Shown piece after piece: positions 19,103-28,707 of a stretch of DNA of 64,000 nt. The notes beneath the pieces are model-generated. The model searched no databases. It saw only the letters and a program-made list of their open reading frames with translations, and had not been told where the DNA came from. The position numbers and the translations under genes are program-made. Numbering within the stretch: position 1 is the first letter of the stretch; each line of letters starts with the position of its first letter. Source of the DNA: a candidate division FCPU426 bacterium (GTDB taxonomy: Bacteria; Oederibacteriota; Muellerivitia; Muellerivitales; Muellerivitaceae); NCBI GenBank assembly GCA_963796105.1, contig CAWCKJ010000003.1, positions 828,630-892,629 on the forward strand. Direction: 5' to 3'.

Positions 19103-19864
19103 TCAATAAATGTTCCACCGGCTCGGATTAGTTAATACCATTTCGGCCGAAACAGCCTGCAACTCCCTTGCGGTTCCCCTGGATACGCCTTCCGGATAAT
19201 CCAAACCCTCTGGGCTTTTTTGGAATATTACCGAATAAAAAACACAAGCCGCCAGATATGTCCCCGCTAAGGTAGGATGGCTTCCATCTCCCTGCCATAA
19301 CTGTAAATCCGGGTCTTTCTGTATAGCTTTTTTCCAAGCCTCACCCACGGGCGCTATTCTCAGATGGAGTTCATTGGCAATACCCATATAACCCGTTGTC
19401 AGTTGGGCCTGCATGGAACTGAAGTCGTTGAATCCAACCTCGGTCATGCCTTTTTGCCTGCCCCAGGTCATGTAAAGGACCGGCTCCGCGCCCGCTTGCT
19501 TGATTTTATCGGCTAATGACCTGACGGCGGGATACATTCCCTGCTCCCTCTCTCGTTCCAAGGAAGGAATGATGCTTTGTTCCTGCATAACAACGACATC
19601 CCATTTTTTCCCGTTAATCTTATCAATCGTGTCCTTTGAATCGGAATGCTGGGCCAAGGTCCAGCCGCCCCGTGCAATCATGTCCGTAAAAACCCGCCTG
19701 TGGCCGGACCGGGCCAAATCCGACAGTACTTTGGGAAGATTGTTCACGAATGTATAGCTATTGCCAATAAACAACAGGGTCACCGGCGGGCTAATCATTT
19801 CTTCTTCGCCGCATCCGGCTTGAAAAATAGTTAGGCAGATTAATAATAGAATTTTCTTAATCAA
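19103..19864 (-). CDS. SGNH/GDSL-like hydrolase-fold lipoprotein
   Basis: 253 aa. Lipobox (FQAG|C), an LLFIGNSYT block I-like motif and a late GDGSHP motif. Confidence 0.55.
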   Translation of the reverse strand: MIKKILLLICLTIFQAGCGEEEMISPPVTLLFIGNSYTFVNNLPKVLSDLARSGHRRVFTDMIARGGWTLAQHSDSKDTIDKINGKKWDVVVMQEQSIIPSLEREREQGMYPAVRSLADKIKQAGAEPVLYMTWGRQKGMTEVGFNDFSSMQAQLTTGYMGIANELHLRIAPVGEAWKKAIQKDPDLQLWQGDGSHPTLAGTYLAACVFYSVIFQKSPEGLDYPEGVSRGTARELQAVSAEMVLTNPSRWNIY

Positions 19865-20019
19865 GCCCTCGCCTCCAAAATGGTCATGCTTAGATGGACA
19901 AAGTTAACCTGCGCTAAAAATATCGGGTTAATAGGGCAACAAATCATAAAGCCGAAATTGTAAGCACCTGAAAATGAATTTCAGAAGATTAAATTCAAGC
20001 GAAATTAAAATTTTCTAGT

Positions 20020-20205
20020 CTTTTAACCGAACCAAATCCAAATATTCGACAACGAAATGGCATTCTGGGGCCAGTAGGGGAATTAGGGACCAAAGAAGGC
20101 CAACTCAACCGTCCCACGGCAGTGGCTTTCGGCCCATCCAGAAACGCGTTCGTGGTGGACGCTGAAAATCACCGGATCCAGAAATTCCGGTTGATAAATC
20201 CATAG
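20020..20205 (+). pseudogene. orphan NHL-repeat fragment (single blade)
   Basis: Open frame with no start codon that translates to GELGTKEGQLNRPTAVAFGPSRNAFVVDAENHRIQKF, a textbook NHL blade. There is a stop immediately upstream. Confidence 0.5.
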
Positions 20206-20392
20206 CTGCACTTACCACTTTTTACATTTTCACGGTTTTTAAGCGCTTTTACACGGTGAATTACCATCAATTCGTTTCCAGCAGAAACTGAGTTTAGTGA
20301 AAAAAGGGGAAAGAGAGTATAATTTATCTCGCAATACTCGAAAGAGCAGTCGGAATGGGTCATCCGTAAAATTTCGGGTCGGGTGGTGTTCA

Positions 20393-20848
20393 ATGTTTCG
20401 TTTGAAAAGCAAGGGTTTTACTTTGATTGAGTTGATGATCGTCGTGGCGATCATAGGAGTATTGGCTTCCATCGCCATCCCGCGATTCGCCCAGATGCTG
20501 GAAAAGGCCCGCGAGGGCTCTACGAAGGGCAACCTGGGAAGCCTCAAGGCCGCGGGGCAGGTCTATTACAGCGACGCCCAAGGTGTTTGGCCGACCACCT
20601 TACAGAGTTCCCCGGCCTATTCCTTTAGTAAATACTTGGACGATATCTCTCCCGTGAAAGTGACGGGATCTTTCGTGATAGGAGCCTCAAGCCCCGCCGG
20701 CGCCATCGTCTCCATGACGACAATGACTTCCGTTCCATCCGGAGCCAATGCGGGATGGCTCTACGACTCCACGATGGGCAATGTCTACGTCAACAGCACC
20801 GTCCAGGATTCCAAACAGCTTCCCTATTCATTTTATGGGTTTGAATAA
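20393..20848 (+). CDS. prepilin-type N-terminal cleavage/methylation domain protein (type IV pilin / T2SS pseudopilin-like)
   Basis: Internal ATG gives MFRLKSKG|FTLIELMIVVAIIGVLASIAIP, the class III signal peptide with Glu+5. 151 aa. Confidence 0.85.
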   Translation: MFRLKSKGFTLIELMIVVAIIGVLASIAIPRFAQMLEKAREGSTKGNLGSLKAAGQVYYSDAQGVWPTTLQSSPAYSFSKYLDDISPVKVTGSFVIGASSPAGAIVSMTTMTSVPSGANAGWLYDSTMGNVYVNSTVQDSKQLPYSFYGFE

Positions 20849-20946
20849 TTTATCTGGAATTTTTCAAAGAGATTCTTCCGCACATCCTTCCACGTTCCTC
20901 GAGAAATCAATTTTCCAAATCATGTCTTTTTTATCATCTTTTAAGA

Positions 20947-21978
20947 TCAACGCGCTGGAGGCACCTTGAATAGGGCCGCTGTGGTTCCCCTTGAAATCAT
21001 TAAAACATTGTCTGAATTGACGGCAATGCCCCTTACTCCCCGGAACGGATCTCCCGACCCCTTCTCGTCCGTCAAATCTCCCGCATAATTCCCATTAGGG
21101 TCATAAACTTTTACGCAGCTTTCATTGCCTCCAAGGGCCAGATATACCCGGCCGGCTTTGTCGACGCAGACGGCATTGGGATTATCATAACACTTGATTA
21201 ATTTCTTCACATTCCCATCCAGATCCATCCACTGGAGGCGTTTGTTCCCGCAGTCAGAGATGAAATAGTTGCCTTTTCCATCGGAAGCGATGTCCGATGG
21301 GCTCTCGAATTTTCCAGGTCCTTTCCCGCTCGATCCCAGGATTTTCACCAAAGTCCCTTCTTTAGAAACCAGCACGACTCTGTGGCTTCCGGTGTCAGCG
21401 ACAGCGAATTGGCGCCCGTCAAAAGCCACCCCTCTCGGGCCGTAAAAGCCGCCGACGCGATCCAAGTCCACATCAAGAATTTGCCTGCCGTTTTCGTCAA
21501 ATCCCTTGATAGCGGCGCCCCAGCTATCAATCACATATATGTTACCGTTGGAATCCGAGCTCATTCCTGAAGGCTCGACGAATTCCATCGGTCCTTTCTT
21601 TTTCGCGGCCTTGCCGACGGATCGCAGGAAATTTCCCTTAAAGTCGAAAAATAGCAACCGGCCGTTTTGCTGGTCGCAAAGGACGAACCAATTCTGGCCT
21701 GCAACAGGCGCAATACCCCAGGCGTTAAAAAAGCCGGAGGGATTATTGTCGCCCGACACGGTCAGAATATGCTCGACCTTGAAGGGTTTACCCGAGTCCC
21801 CGCGGAAGAGATTAAAGGCCTTATAGACCAGGAAAATTAAAATAGCGGCTATCAGGAATTTTACCAGGTTCGAGCCCCCGCCCGCGGGGGAAGCCGCTGG
21901 AGGAGCCGCCATTGGAACCGGCTCATAGCTCGTACGGACCGCTGATTTTTTTCGGACCACTTTCTTTCTGGACGCCAT
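20947..21978 (-). CDS. membrane-anchored NHL-repeat beta-propeller protein
   Basis: The ATG at 21978 has GGAGG 5 nt upstream. One TM helix, then repeated NHL blades (GPRGVAFDGRQFAVADTGSHRVVLV and others). Confidence 0.8.
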   Translation of the reverse strand: MASRKKVVRKKSAVRTSYEPVPMAAPPAASPAGGGSNLVKFLIAAILIFLVYKAFNLFRGDSGKPFKVEHILTVSGDNNPSGFFNAWGIAPVAGQNWFVLCDQQNGRLLFFDFKGNFLRSVGKAAKKKGPMEFVEPSGMSSDSNGNIYVIDSWGAAIKGFDENGRQILDVDLDRVGGFYGPRGVAFDGRQFAVADTGSHRVVLVSKEGTLVKILGSSGKGPGKFESPSDIASDGKGNYFISDCGNKRLQWMDLDGNVKKLIKCYDNPNAVCVDKAGRVYLALGGNESCVKVYDPNGNYAGDLTDEKGSGDPFRGVRGIAVNSDNVLMISRGTTAALFKVPPAR

Positions 21979-22182
21979 AATTCCTCCCTGCATGATGTGG
22001 ATCGCCTTCTAATGAAAAACCATATTAAGTTTAGAAAAGCATCCTGCCAACCCCCAAGTATTCCACAAGGGATCGATAAGCCTTCCTTGAATCTTTCCGA
22101 CCCCTATTATGCCTCATTCCACACCCAATTTGTTCAAGATCGCCATAAAAGATTATAGCCATGAAACAATGTTTTGAAAGAC

Positions 22183-22671
22183 TCACTTCCAGGGTTTTAA
22201 CCCTAGAGTTCGTTCCAGGAATTTCAAAATCTGAGTTTTAACGGAACCCTGCAAGGAATAGCCCGCTCGGTTCCATAACATTCCAATAGGCAAGATGATT
22301 AGGGAAAAAACAATAATCCCGATGGTCTCAATCAAGTGTGGCAGATAATAGGAAAGCACAACCAGGAAAAATAAGAAAAAAGACACGATAATCAGGGCCT
22401 CAAAGAGAGCACCAGGCGCATAGCCAAAATAACCCTCGATCCTCGAGCCTTTTCCCTGGGACTTGATCGTCCCATAAAAGTTTGGGATGCCTGGAATCGA
22501 AATAAGCCTGTTTCGGCGGCGGATGTACAATCGAAAGCCCTTCTCATCGAAAGTGCATTTCATAGCCGGGTCTTTGCTTTCCATAATTTTTTCAAGGCAC
22601 GCTTCCGGGGAGAGATCGGTTTCAAAAAAGGCCTTTTCCTTGAAGCCAATAATGTTTTGAATCAAATCCAC
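22183..22671 (-). CDS. hypothetical membrane protein
   Basis: 162-aa ORF with two or three hydrophobic helices in the C-terminal half. No family recognised. Confidence 0.5.
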   Translation of the reverse strand: MDLIQNIIGFKEKAFFETDLSPEACLEKIMESKDPAMKCTFDEKGFRLYIRRRNRLISIPGIPNFYGTIKSQGKGSRIEGYFGYAPGALFEALIIVSFFLFFLVVLSYYLPHLIETIGIIVFSLIILPIGMLWNRAGYSLQGSVKTQILKFLERTLGLKPWK

Positions 22672-22742
22672 GGTTATTCTCCAAAACGATGGGATTTTAT
22701 TGTTTATTTAAAAAGCAAAGATCCGCACCGGAATGGGACCTA

Positions 22743-24122
22743 TCATTCGGATTTCGGATGGTTTAAAAGTCGTATGGCTTTCTGGGCGTAGGAGTCCCCC
22801 TGGGTGGCGGCTTTCTCGTACCAGACCAAGGCCTCTTTATTGCTCTGGACCACGCCCCTGCCGTTCTCATAGAGGACCCCGATGTTGTATTGGGCCGGGG
22901 CCGCCCCTTGCGCTGCGGCCTTCTGATACCACTTCATCGCCTCCTGGTAATCCTGGTTCACTCCACGGCCGTTGTCATAAAGGACTCCAATATTGAATTG
23001 AGCGGGCGCGTTCCCCTGAACGGCGGCCTTCTGGTACCACCTCATGGCCTCCTGGTAATCCCTCGGGACCCCCCGGCCGTTGTCATAGAGTATGCCAATA
23101 TTGTACTCAGCCAGGGCGTTTCCCTGCGCCGCGGATTTTTGGTACCACCTCATGGCTTCCTGGTAATCCTGCGGAACCCCCCGGCCCTTATCGTAAAGGA
23201 ATCCGATGCTGGCCTGGGCGGTCGTGTTTCCCTGGGCGGCGGCTTTTTGGTACCATTTCATGGCTTCCTGGTAATCCTGGGGAACTCCAAGTCCCTTGTC
23301 ATAAAGGTAGCCGATCCCTGCCTCGGCGCCCGCGCTCCCTTGGGCCGCGGCTTTTTGATACCACTTCATGGCCTCGGTATAATCCGGGGCCACTCCCCTT
23401 CCCTTGTCGTAGAGGACCCCGATGTTGTTCTGGGCGTCGGCCAGCCCTTGTGCGGCGGCTTTCTGGTACCACTTCATCGCCTCCTGGTAATCCTGCGCAA
23501 CACCCCGCCCCTTGTCATAGAGAATGCCGATGCAGTTTTGGGCCTCGGCCGAACCCTGCGCGGCGGCTTTCTGGTACCACTTCATCGCCTCCTGGTAATC
23601 CTGGGGAACCCCCTGCCCAGTATCGCTGAGCACGCCGACTTTATACTCTGCTCCCGGGTTTCCCTGCGCCGCCGCCTTCTGGTACCACTTGATGGCTTCC
23701 TGGTAATTCTGGGGAATTCCACGGCCCGTCTCGTAGAGTAGGCCGATGCTGTACTCGGAATCAGCTTGTCCCTGCGAGGCGGCCTTCTGGTACCACTTAA
23801 GGGCTTCCAGGTAATCCTGTGGGACTCCCTGCCCATTCTCGTATAAGAGGCCGATTTTGTAATCAGCGGCAGGACAACCCTTCTCGGAGGCTTTTTTGTA
23901 CCACTTCATGGCCTGGACATAATCCCCCGCGGTGGCTGAGTCCGAACCACTCTTAATCCACTCGGTCACGGCGTTCGGATTGCGCATGAAAATGAAATCC
24001 ATTCCGGATTTCAGCCAATCGGAAAGCGCGTCCAGGTTGCCCCCGTAATAGACGTAGGCCCCGAGCCAGATGATCCCCCCGAAAAACAAAGTCAAGAACG
24101 CGCGGAATAAGAACTTGCCCAT
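22743..24122 (-). CDS. Sel1-like repeat (SLR/TPR-family) protein
   Basis: About 11 tandem 36-aa units of A(M/L)KWYQKAAAQG..A...IG.LYD.GRGV.QDYQEA. N-terminal TM/signal segment. Start chosen at the second ATG (AAGGAAA upstream); the ORF extends to 24152. Confidence 0.85.
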   Translation of the reverse strand: MGKFLFRAFLTLFFGGIIWLGAYVYYGGNLDALSDWLKSGMDFIFMRNPNAVTEWIKSGSDSATAGDYVQAMKWYKKASEKGCPAADYKIGLLYENGQGVPQDYLEALKWYQKAASQGQADSEYSIGLLYETGRGIPQNYQEAIKWYQKAAAQGNPGAEYKVGVLSDTGQGVPQDYQEAMKWYQKAAAQGSAEAQNCIGILYDKGRGVAQDYQEAMKWYQKAAAQGLADAQNNIGVLYDKGRGVAPDYTEAMKWYQKAAAQGSAGAEAGIGYLYDKGLGVPQDYQEAMKWYQKAAAQGNTTAQASIGFLYDKGRGVPQDYQEAMRWYQKSAAQGNALAEYNIGILYDNGRGVPRDYQEAMRWYQKAAVQGNAPAQFNIGVLYDNGRGVNQDYQEAMKWYQKAAAQGAAPAQYNIGVLYENGRGVVQSNKEALVWYEKAATQGDSYAQKAIRLLNHPKSE

Positions 24123-24694
24123 CGTTGTTTCCTTTGATTTAGATTTCCTCATAACCAGATTTCAAGCCGCAAAACGAGTTGATGCTTCATTGTGAACAGG
24201 TCGCGGATGAAATTTCGTTCAAATATAATAAACAAGGAATCGAAATCTAGCCCGAAAATGAGGATGGAAACCCCCAAGTACCCCTAAAACATATCAAATT
24301 CCACGGGTTTTTGTTGATTATAGAAATTTGGCATGAAAGGCGGGGGAAAAACATGACCAAAGGTTGCATAAAACCATGACCTGTGGTCTGAGAGTCAAAA
24401 TGCACTTAGACAAACGCCAGCTTTACGCCCTAGTTCAGGTAACCCTCAAAACCCGTTACAATAAGGTAGTCTCGTCAGCCGAATGGAAAAAACCCCGGGG
24501 ATAGACAAGTAAGTTTCTTCACTACTGCCGCCCGATGTTTCCTAGCCCAATTGGATCATGGTTGTCCCCCGAAACACTATGAATATTGCTTAAACAAATG
24601 AGACGAGAAGGATTTTCGGGATTACCGCGCGTGATGCCTAAGCGTTTAAAACCTTGTCGGGGCAGTTTCCAATTAGGTCAACCAATAACCGGGT

Positions 24695-25987
24695 TCAGGG
24701 TCCGAAGACCTTGATGCAATTGTTATCCGCGATATACACGTTCCCTGACGAGCTCAGGCAGAAATAATCGATGTTTCCCAGCGCGTTAGTGCCTGTCGTT
24801 CCCCACTGGCAAAGGAAATTACCGAACAGATTAAAATCCTCCATCCGTTTGTTGCCATAATCCGATACATAACAAATTCCGCTCTTGTCCACCCGGACGC
24901 CGCAGGAACAGAGACCGAATTGTCCTGGGTTGGTCCCTTGGCTTCCGATCTTGCACTCGTAGGTCCCGGTGTTCGTGTATTTATAAACGCAAAAGTTGTT
25001 GTAATCCGGCGTGTAAACATTGCCCCAGAAATCACAGGTGATGCCGTCCGGATCGCTTGGGTTGGTGTCCCAGGAGCCGTTGGTCGACCAGCCCAGGATG
25101 TAATTGCCGTTATTGTCGAAACTTTGGACCCTTTGGTTAATAGCCTCTACCACGTAAATGTGGTCGTTCGGATCGCAGGCCAAACCTCTCACCCCCTCGA
25201 ATTGGCTTTGGCCCGTTCCCGCCGAACCCCATTGGGTTATAAAAACTCCCGTGTTAGAAAATTTTTGAACATTATCGTTTCCGTCATCGACAATGAAAAT
25301 GTTATTAGAAGAATCGGAGCATATGCCGTTTAAGGCGTTAAATTGCCCATTGCCGCTGCCCAAAGTGCCCCATTAGGAAAGGTATTGCCCGTTGCTGTTG
25401 AATTTTTGGATTCGGTGGTTGGACCTGTCCGCGACGAAAATATTGCCGTTGGAATCCTCAATCACTCCATATATGGCGTTAAATTGGCCGGCCCCGCTAC
25501 CCGCGGAACCCCATTTGAATTTAAAGGTCAATGGTTGGGCCGATGTGACGACTGGACAGGTTGGGGTGGCTGTTGAAGTGACCGTTGCAGTATGGGTATT
25601 AGTGGAAGTCCATGTGAATGTGGAAGAGTTGGTTGGGGTTGATGTGGGCGTTGAGGTATCAGTGTCAGTGGTGGTAAAGGTATAGGTAAGCGTGAAAGTG
25701 CAGGTGGGGGTTGGGGTATCTGTCAGCGTAGCGGTGAAGGTATGAGACGGAGTGAATGAGTTTGTGGCGGAGAAAGTGAAAATGGGGGTAAAAGTGGCTG
25801 AAGGTGTTGGGGTGAGGATCGCAGTTGGCGTATTGACCAATGTTGGGGTGTAAGTTCCGGAATAGGTAAAAGTGGGTGTAATGTGGCAACTGGTAGGAGG
25901 CGGTGTCGGGCCGCTCACAAAGGTAGATCGGGTGCAGGCGCCTACCATAAAACCAAAACCCAAGGCCAAATAGATGATCTTTTTCAT
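24695..25987 (-). pseudogene. NHL-repeat lipoprotein interrupted by an in-frame TAA
   Basis: ORFs 25373..25987 (lipobox, Thr-rich linker, first NHL blade) and 24695..25363 (further NHL blades) are in the same frame. Only a TAA at 25373-25375 separates them: ..NGQYLS*WGTLGSGNGQF.., which falls inside a normal blade junction. Confidence 0.65.
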
Positions 25988-26311
25988 ATATTTCCTCCTG
26001 GAAAACCCAATGTAAACAAGTCGCGTTGGGTGTCATATTTGAAGGTGCTCATACCCTATAGAGTCCCCATCCCTGAAAATAATCCAAAAAAAATGAAATT
26101 TTTCAGAATCAGGCTTAATTGAAGGGGTATTCAGAATGAAGAAGCTCGGCCTAGCTGGAAGGTCTTATTTATCGAGGGAAAAACGGGGGAAGGACCGGCT
26201 TACGGTTAATGTTTCGATATGCTGGAAATGGCCGAAGATGACAACGCCTTCACCGTAAGATTTTCAGACTTTGAAACCCCGCCACAATTCAAAATTTTGA
26301 ATTTTCTGGAG

Positions 26312-27088
26312 CTATGGGTTCCTCGCGCATCGGCACCCGAAGGCTGGGTTCCTCACGTCCGCCGTGCTCCAATTGCGGTTCGCGGCCCTCAGCATTCCCG
26401 AACCGTTGCCCCAGGAGCCGCCCCTGAGGACCTTGTATTTGCCTTGGTCCGGACCCTTGGGATTTTTCTTGGGGCTCTTGAAGTAATATTCCTCGCCGTA
26501 CCAATCCGCGCACCATTCCCAGAGATTTCCCAGCATGTCGTAAAGCCCGTAAGGGTTCCAGGTCTTCAAGGCCACAGGGTGGGCCTGGTTGCCGGAATCG
26601 TCCGAATCCCAGGCGTATTGTTCCAAGCCGGCCGGACTGTCGCCCCAGAAGTAAACCGTTTTCGTTCCACCCCGCGAAGCCCTTTCCCATTCCGCCTCGG
26701 TGGGAAGCCTCTTTCCATCCCATGAGCAAAAGGCGCTCGCGTCGTTCCAATTGATATGATGAACCGGCATGTTGTCCCGTCCCCAGCCGTCATCAGCCGG
26801 CATTTCCCACCCTGTCTCTTTGCAGAACTTGTCGAATTGGGCGTAGGTCACCAGCGTTTGGTCGATATAAAAGGCGTCCACCCAGACCTTGTGCCTGGGC
26901 TTTTCCCCGATTCCGCCTTCCCCCTTGGACGATCCCATATAGAAATATCCGGCAGGGATCAAGATCATCTTGATCCCGTCCTTGTTCATGATTCCCTTCA
27001 TCACTAGGTCTTTGGCTGACGCGTTCTCCACTGCACATAAAAATATTAAGGCGACTAGAATGAAAAAAAGTGTGTTTTTGAGCTTCAT
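26312..27088 (-). CDS. FGE-sulfatase (SUMF1/formylglycine-generating enzyme family) domain protein
   Basis: Signal peptide from the internal ATG (MKLKNTLFFILVALIF). Motifs PVHHINWNDA, RLPTEAEWERA, GNLWEWCADWY, RGGSW and FGCRC. Confidence 0.85.
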   Translation of the reverse strand: MKLKNTLFFILVALIFLCAVENASAKDLVMKGIMNKDGIKMILIPAGYFYMGSSKGEGGIGEKPRHKVWVDAFYIDQTLVTYAQFDKFCKETGWEMPADDGWGRDNMPVHHINWNDASAFCSWDGKRLPTEAEWERASRGGTKTVYFWGDSPAGLEQYAWDSDDSGNQAHPVALKTWNPYGLYDMLGNLWEWCADWYGEEYYFKSPKKNPKGPDQGKYKVLRGGSWGNGSGMLRAANRNWSTADVRNPAFGCRCARNP

Positions 27089-27418
27089 GCCTGCTCCTGT
27101 AGTAGGGATCCTCAAGAGAATATGCAATTGTCTAATGGGATTTTACCAGTTTCTAACAGACTTTTATTAATTGTGTTTTCAGTCTCTTATGTCCCGGACG
27201 GTAAAAACAAATACTAAGACCCCTACCCTAGCGAGGTTTAGTCCCTTTCTCCGGACGAGACACATGATTAAAAAATCAAAAGGGTGGTTCTATTAAAGTT
27301 ATCTTCGTCAAACAAACCTCCTTCCAAAAGCCAACAAAAACGGCCTTTTAAGCCCCTAAATTTTTGAAATAACCCGGTTTTTTGCCGTCTATAGCATGAG
27401 TAATAATAATGCTACAGG

Positions 27419-27763
27419 TTGCCATGTTTTTCGAAACCCGCTTTCCTGGTCATGGACGCCGAGAAATCGGAATTTAAGGATGGGGCTTTCGACATCGTGG
27501 CCGCCAGCATGGTCACCCATCACATGCCCCATTGGGAAAAGGCTTTTCAGGAAATGGTCCGTGTTTTGCGTCCCGGTGGATATTTGATCTATACCGACTT
27601 GATGCTCCCCTCCTGGCTCGCGGTCCTTAGGCGTTTACTTCCTTTTGTCGGGATACCCACGAAAAACCGGGTGGAATTTCTAGCCACCCAGGCCGGATTG
27701 ACGAGCGTTTATCAGGCAAATAGGGGCCTTCAATCCGACTTCATCTGGGTAAGAAACAGGTAA
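27419..27763 (+). CDS. class I SAM-dependent methyltransferase, N-terminally truncated
   Basis: 114 aa covering only the post-motif-I part (MDAEKSEFKDGAFDIV..HHM..EMVRVLRPGGYLIYTD). I found no GxGxG SAM-binding motif upstream in any frame. Confidence 0.55.
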   Translation: MPCFSKPAFLVMDAEKSEFKDGAFDIVAASMVTHHMPHWEKAFQEMVRVLRPGGYLIYTDLMLPSWLAVLRRLLPFVGIPTKNRVEFLATQAGLTSVYQANRGLQSDFIWVRNR

Positions 27764-27883
27764 AAATATTGTTTATTATTCCGGCATAAAATTCTCAAAA
27801 CCGGGACCCGGATTTACGAGGAATCATTTAACGAAAGATTCTGCTAAAATACAAACCATCTCTTTTCCCTCAGGGAGAACCGC

Positions 27884-28013
27884 GTGAAAAAGCTGAACCA
27901 AAGCGGACAAGGTTAAAACCAATACGGATTTAATTGAATATATCCTGGTGGCGCTCCTGGTCGTCGTCGGGGTGGTCACCTATTTCATTATTTTTCACCA
28001 CAAGCCTTATTAA
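27884..28013 (+). pseudogene. Flp-like pilin gene with +1 frameshift
   Basis: GTG start with GGGAGA RBS gives VKKLNQSGQG, then TAA. After skipping one nt the frame continues KTNTDLIEYILVALLVVVGVVTYFIIFHHKPY*. Leader and G/xxxxEY resemble the intact Flp at 35392 (MKKLNQKGQGMTEYILIVALIAV). Confidence 0.5.
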
Positions 28014-28023
28014 GGGGGGCGCC

Positions 28024-28131
28024 ATGAAAAACATCAATTGGGAGAAGGTCACGGCTTATTTCTCGCTGGTTTTTATCACGGCAGTCGCGATATTTTGCAT
28101 TTACAAAGTGCTCTCAAACTCGACCTTTTAA
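28024..28131 (+). CDS. 35-aa single-TM peptide (paralog 1)
   Basis: MKNINWEKVTAYFSLVFITAVAIFCIYKVLSNSTF with a purine-rich AAGGGGGG stretch upstream. Paralogous to the next small ORF and to the frameshifted flp-like gene. Confidence 0.45.
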   Translation: MKNINWEKVTAYFSLVFITAVAIFCIYKVLSNSTF

Positions 28132-28155
28132 TCGGGGTTTCCAACGGAGGACAAA

Positions 28156-28263
28156 ATGAAAAAAATCAATTGGGAAAAAGTGGGCGTCATCATCCAGATT
28201 GTTTTAATCCTTTATGTCGTGGCCTTCGCCATCTATACCTTGATGCATCAAAAGGCTTATTAG
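28156..28263 (+). CDS. 35-aa single-TM peptide (paralog 2)
   Basis: MKKINWEKVGVIIQIVLILYVVAFAIYTLMHQKAY with GGAGG 5 nt upstream of the ATG. Below the ORF-track length cut-off. Confidence 0.45.
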   Translation: MKKINWEKVGVIIQIVLILYVVAFAIYTLMHQKAY

Positions 28264-28435
28264 GACTTCTAAAAAAAATATTAATTTCACCACGGGTTCT
28301 TTCAGAACCACAAAGTTAATTTGGAAAAACATCAATATTTAAAGGCTTAAACTTATCGGCAACAACTTCTGTGCGGAGCATCACAGTTTTAAAACAATAA
28401 TTTAATTAATCCAGACTTGTATATGGTTAGAAATT

Positions 28436-28505
28436 GTTTGAGTTTTAAATTGTGGTTTGATTTTCGCGACATGAAAATCCACAGCAATTTAGGATTTAAA
28501 ATTGC
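28436..28505 (+). repeat. dispersed intergenic repeat with conserved hairpin, copy 1
   Basis: AGTTTTAAATTGTGGTTTGATTTTCGCGACATGAAAATCCACAGCAATTTAGGATTTAAAATT aligns by eye with the copies at 30421-30490 and 33781-33855. Hairpin GATTTTC/GAAAATC. Confidence 0.7.
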
Positions 28506-28707
28506 ATATCCAGCTTCTTTTCAATTCCCTCTCGATCATTTCCATTTTCCAGGTAATCTCTTTGGCAAAATACGTCGGTATTTGTTTTGAAGATTTGGTT
28601 ATGTATGCCCGATTTTTCCATCGTCGACTAAAAAACCCCACTTATTATGGAAGGAAGGATACAATCAAAAATATATATTGATGATTAAACCGGAAAAGAA
28701 GGTAATC

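Noticed and set aside
22890-23741. 283-aa plus-strand ORF inside the Sel1-repeat gene.
   Set aside because: It mirrors the 108-bp repeat periodicity of the Sel1 gene on the other strand. The Sel1 consensus (KWYQKAAAQG..) is unambiguous on the minus strand.
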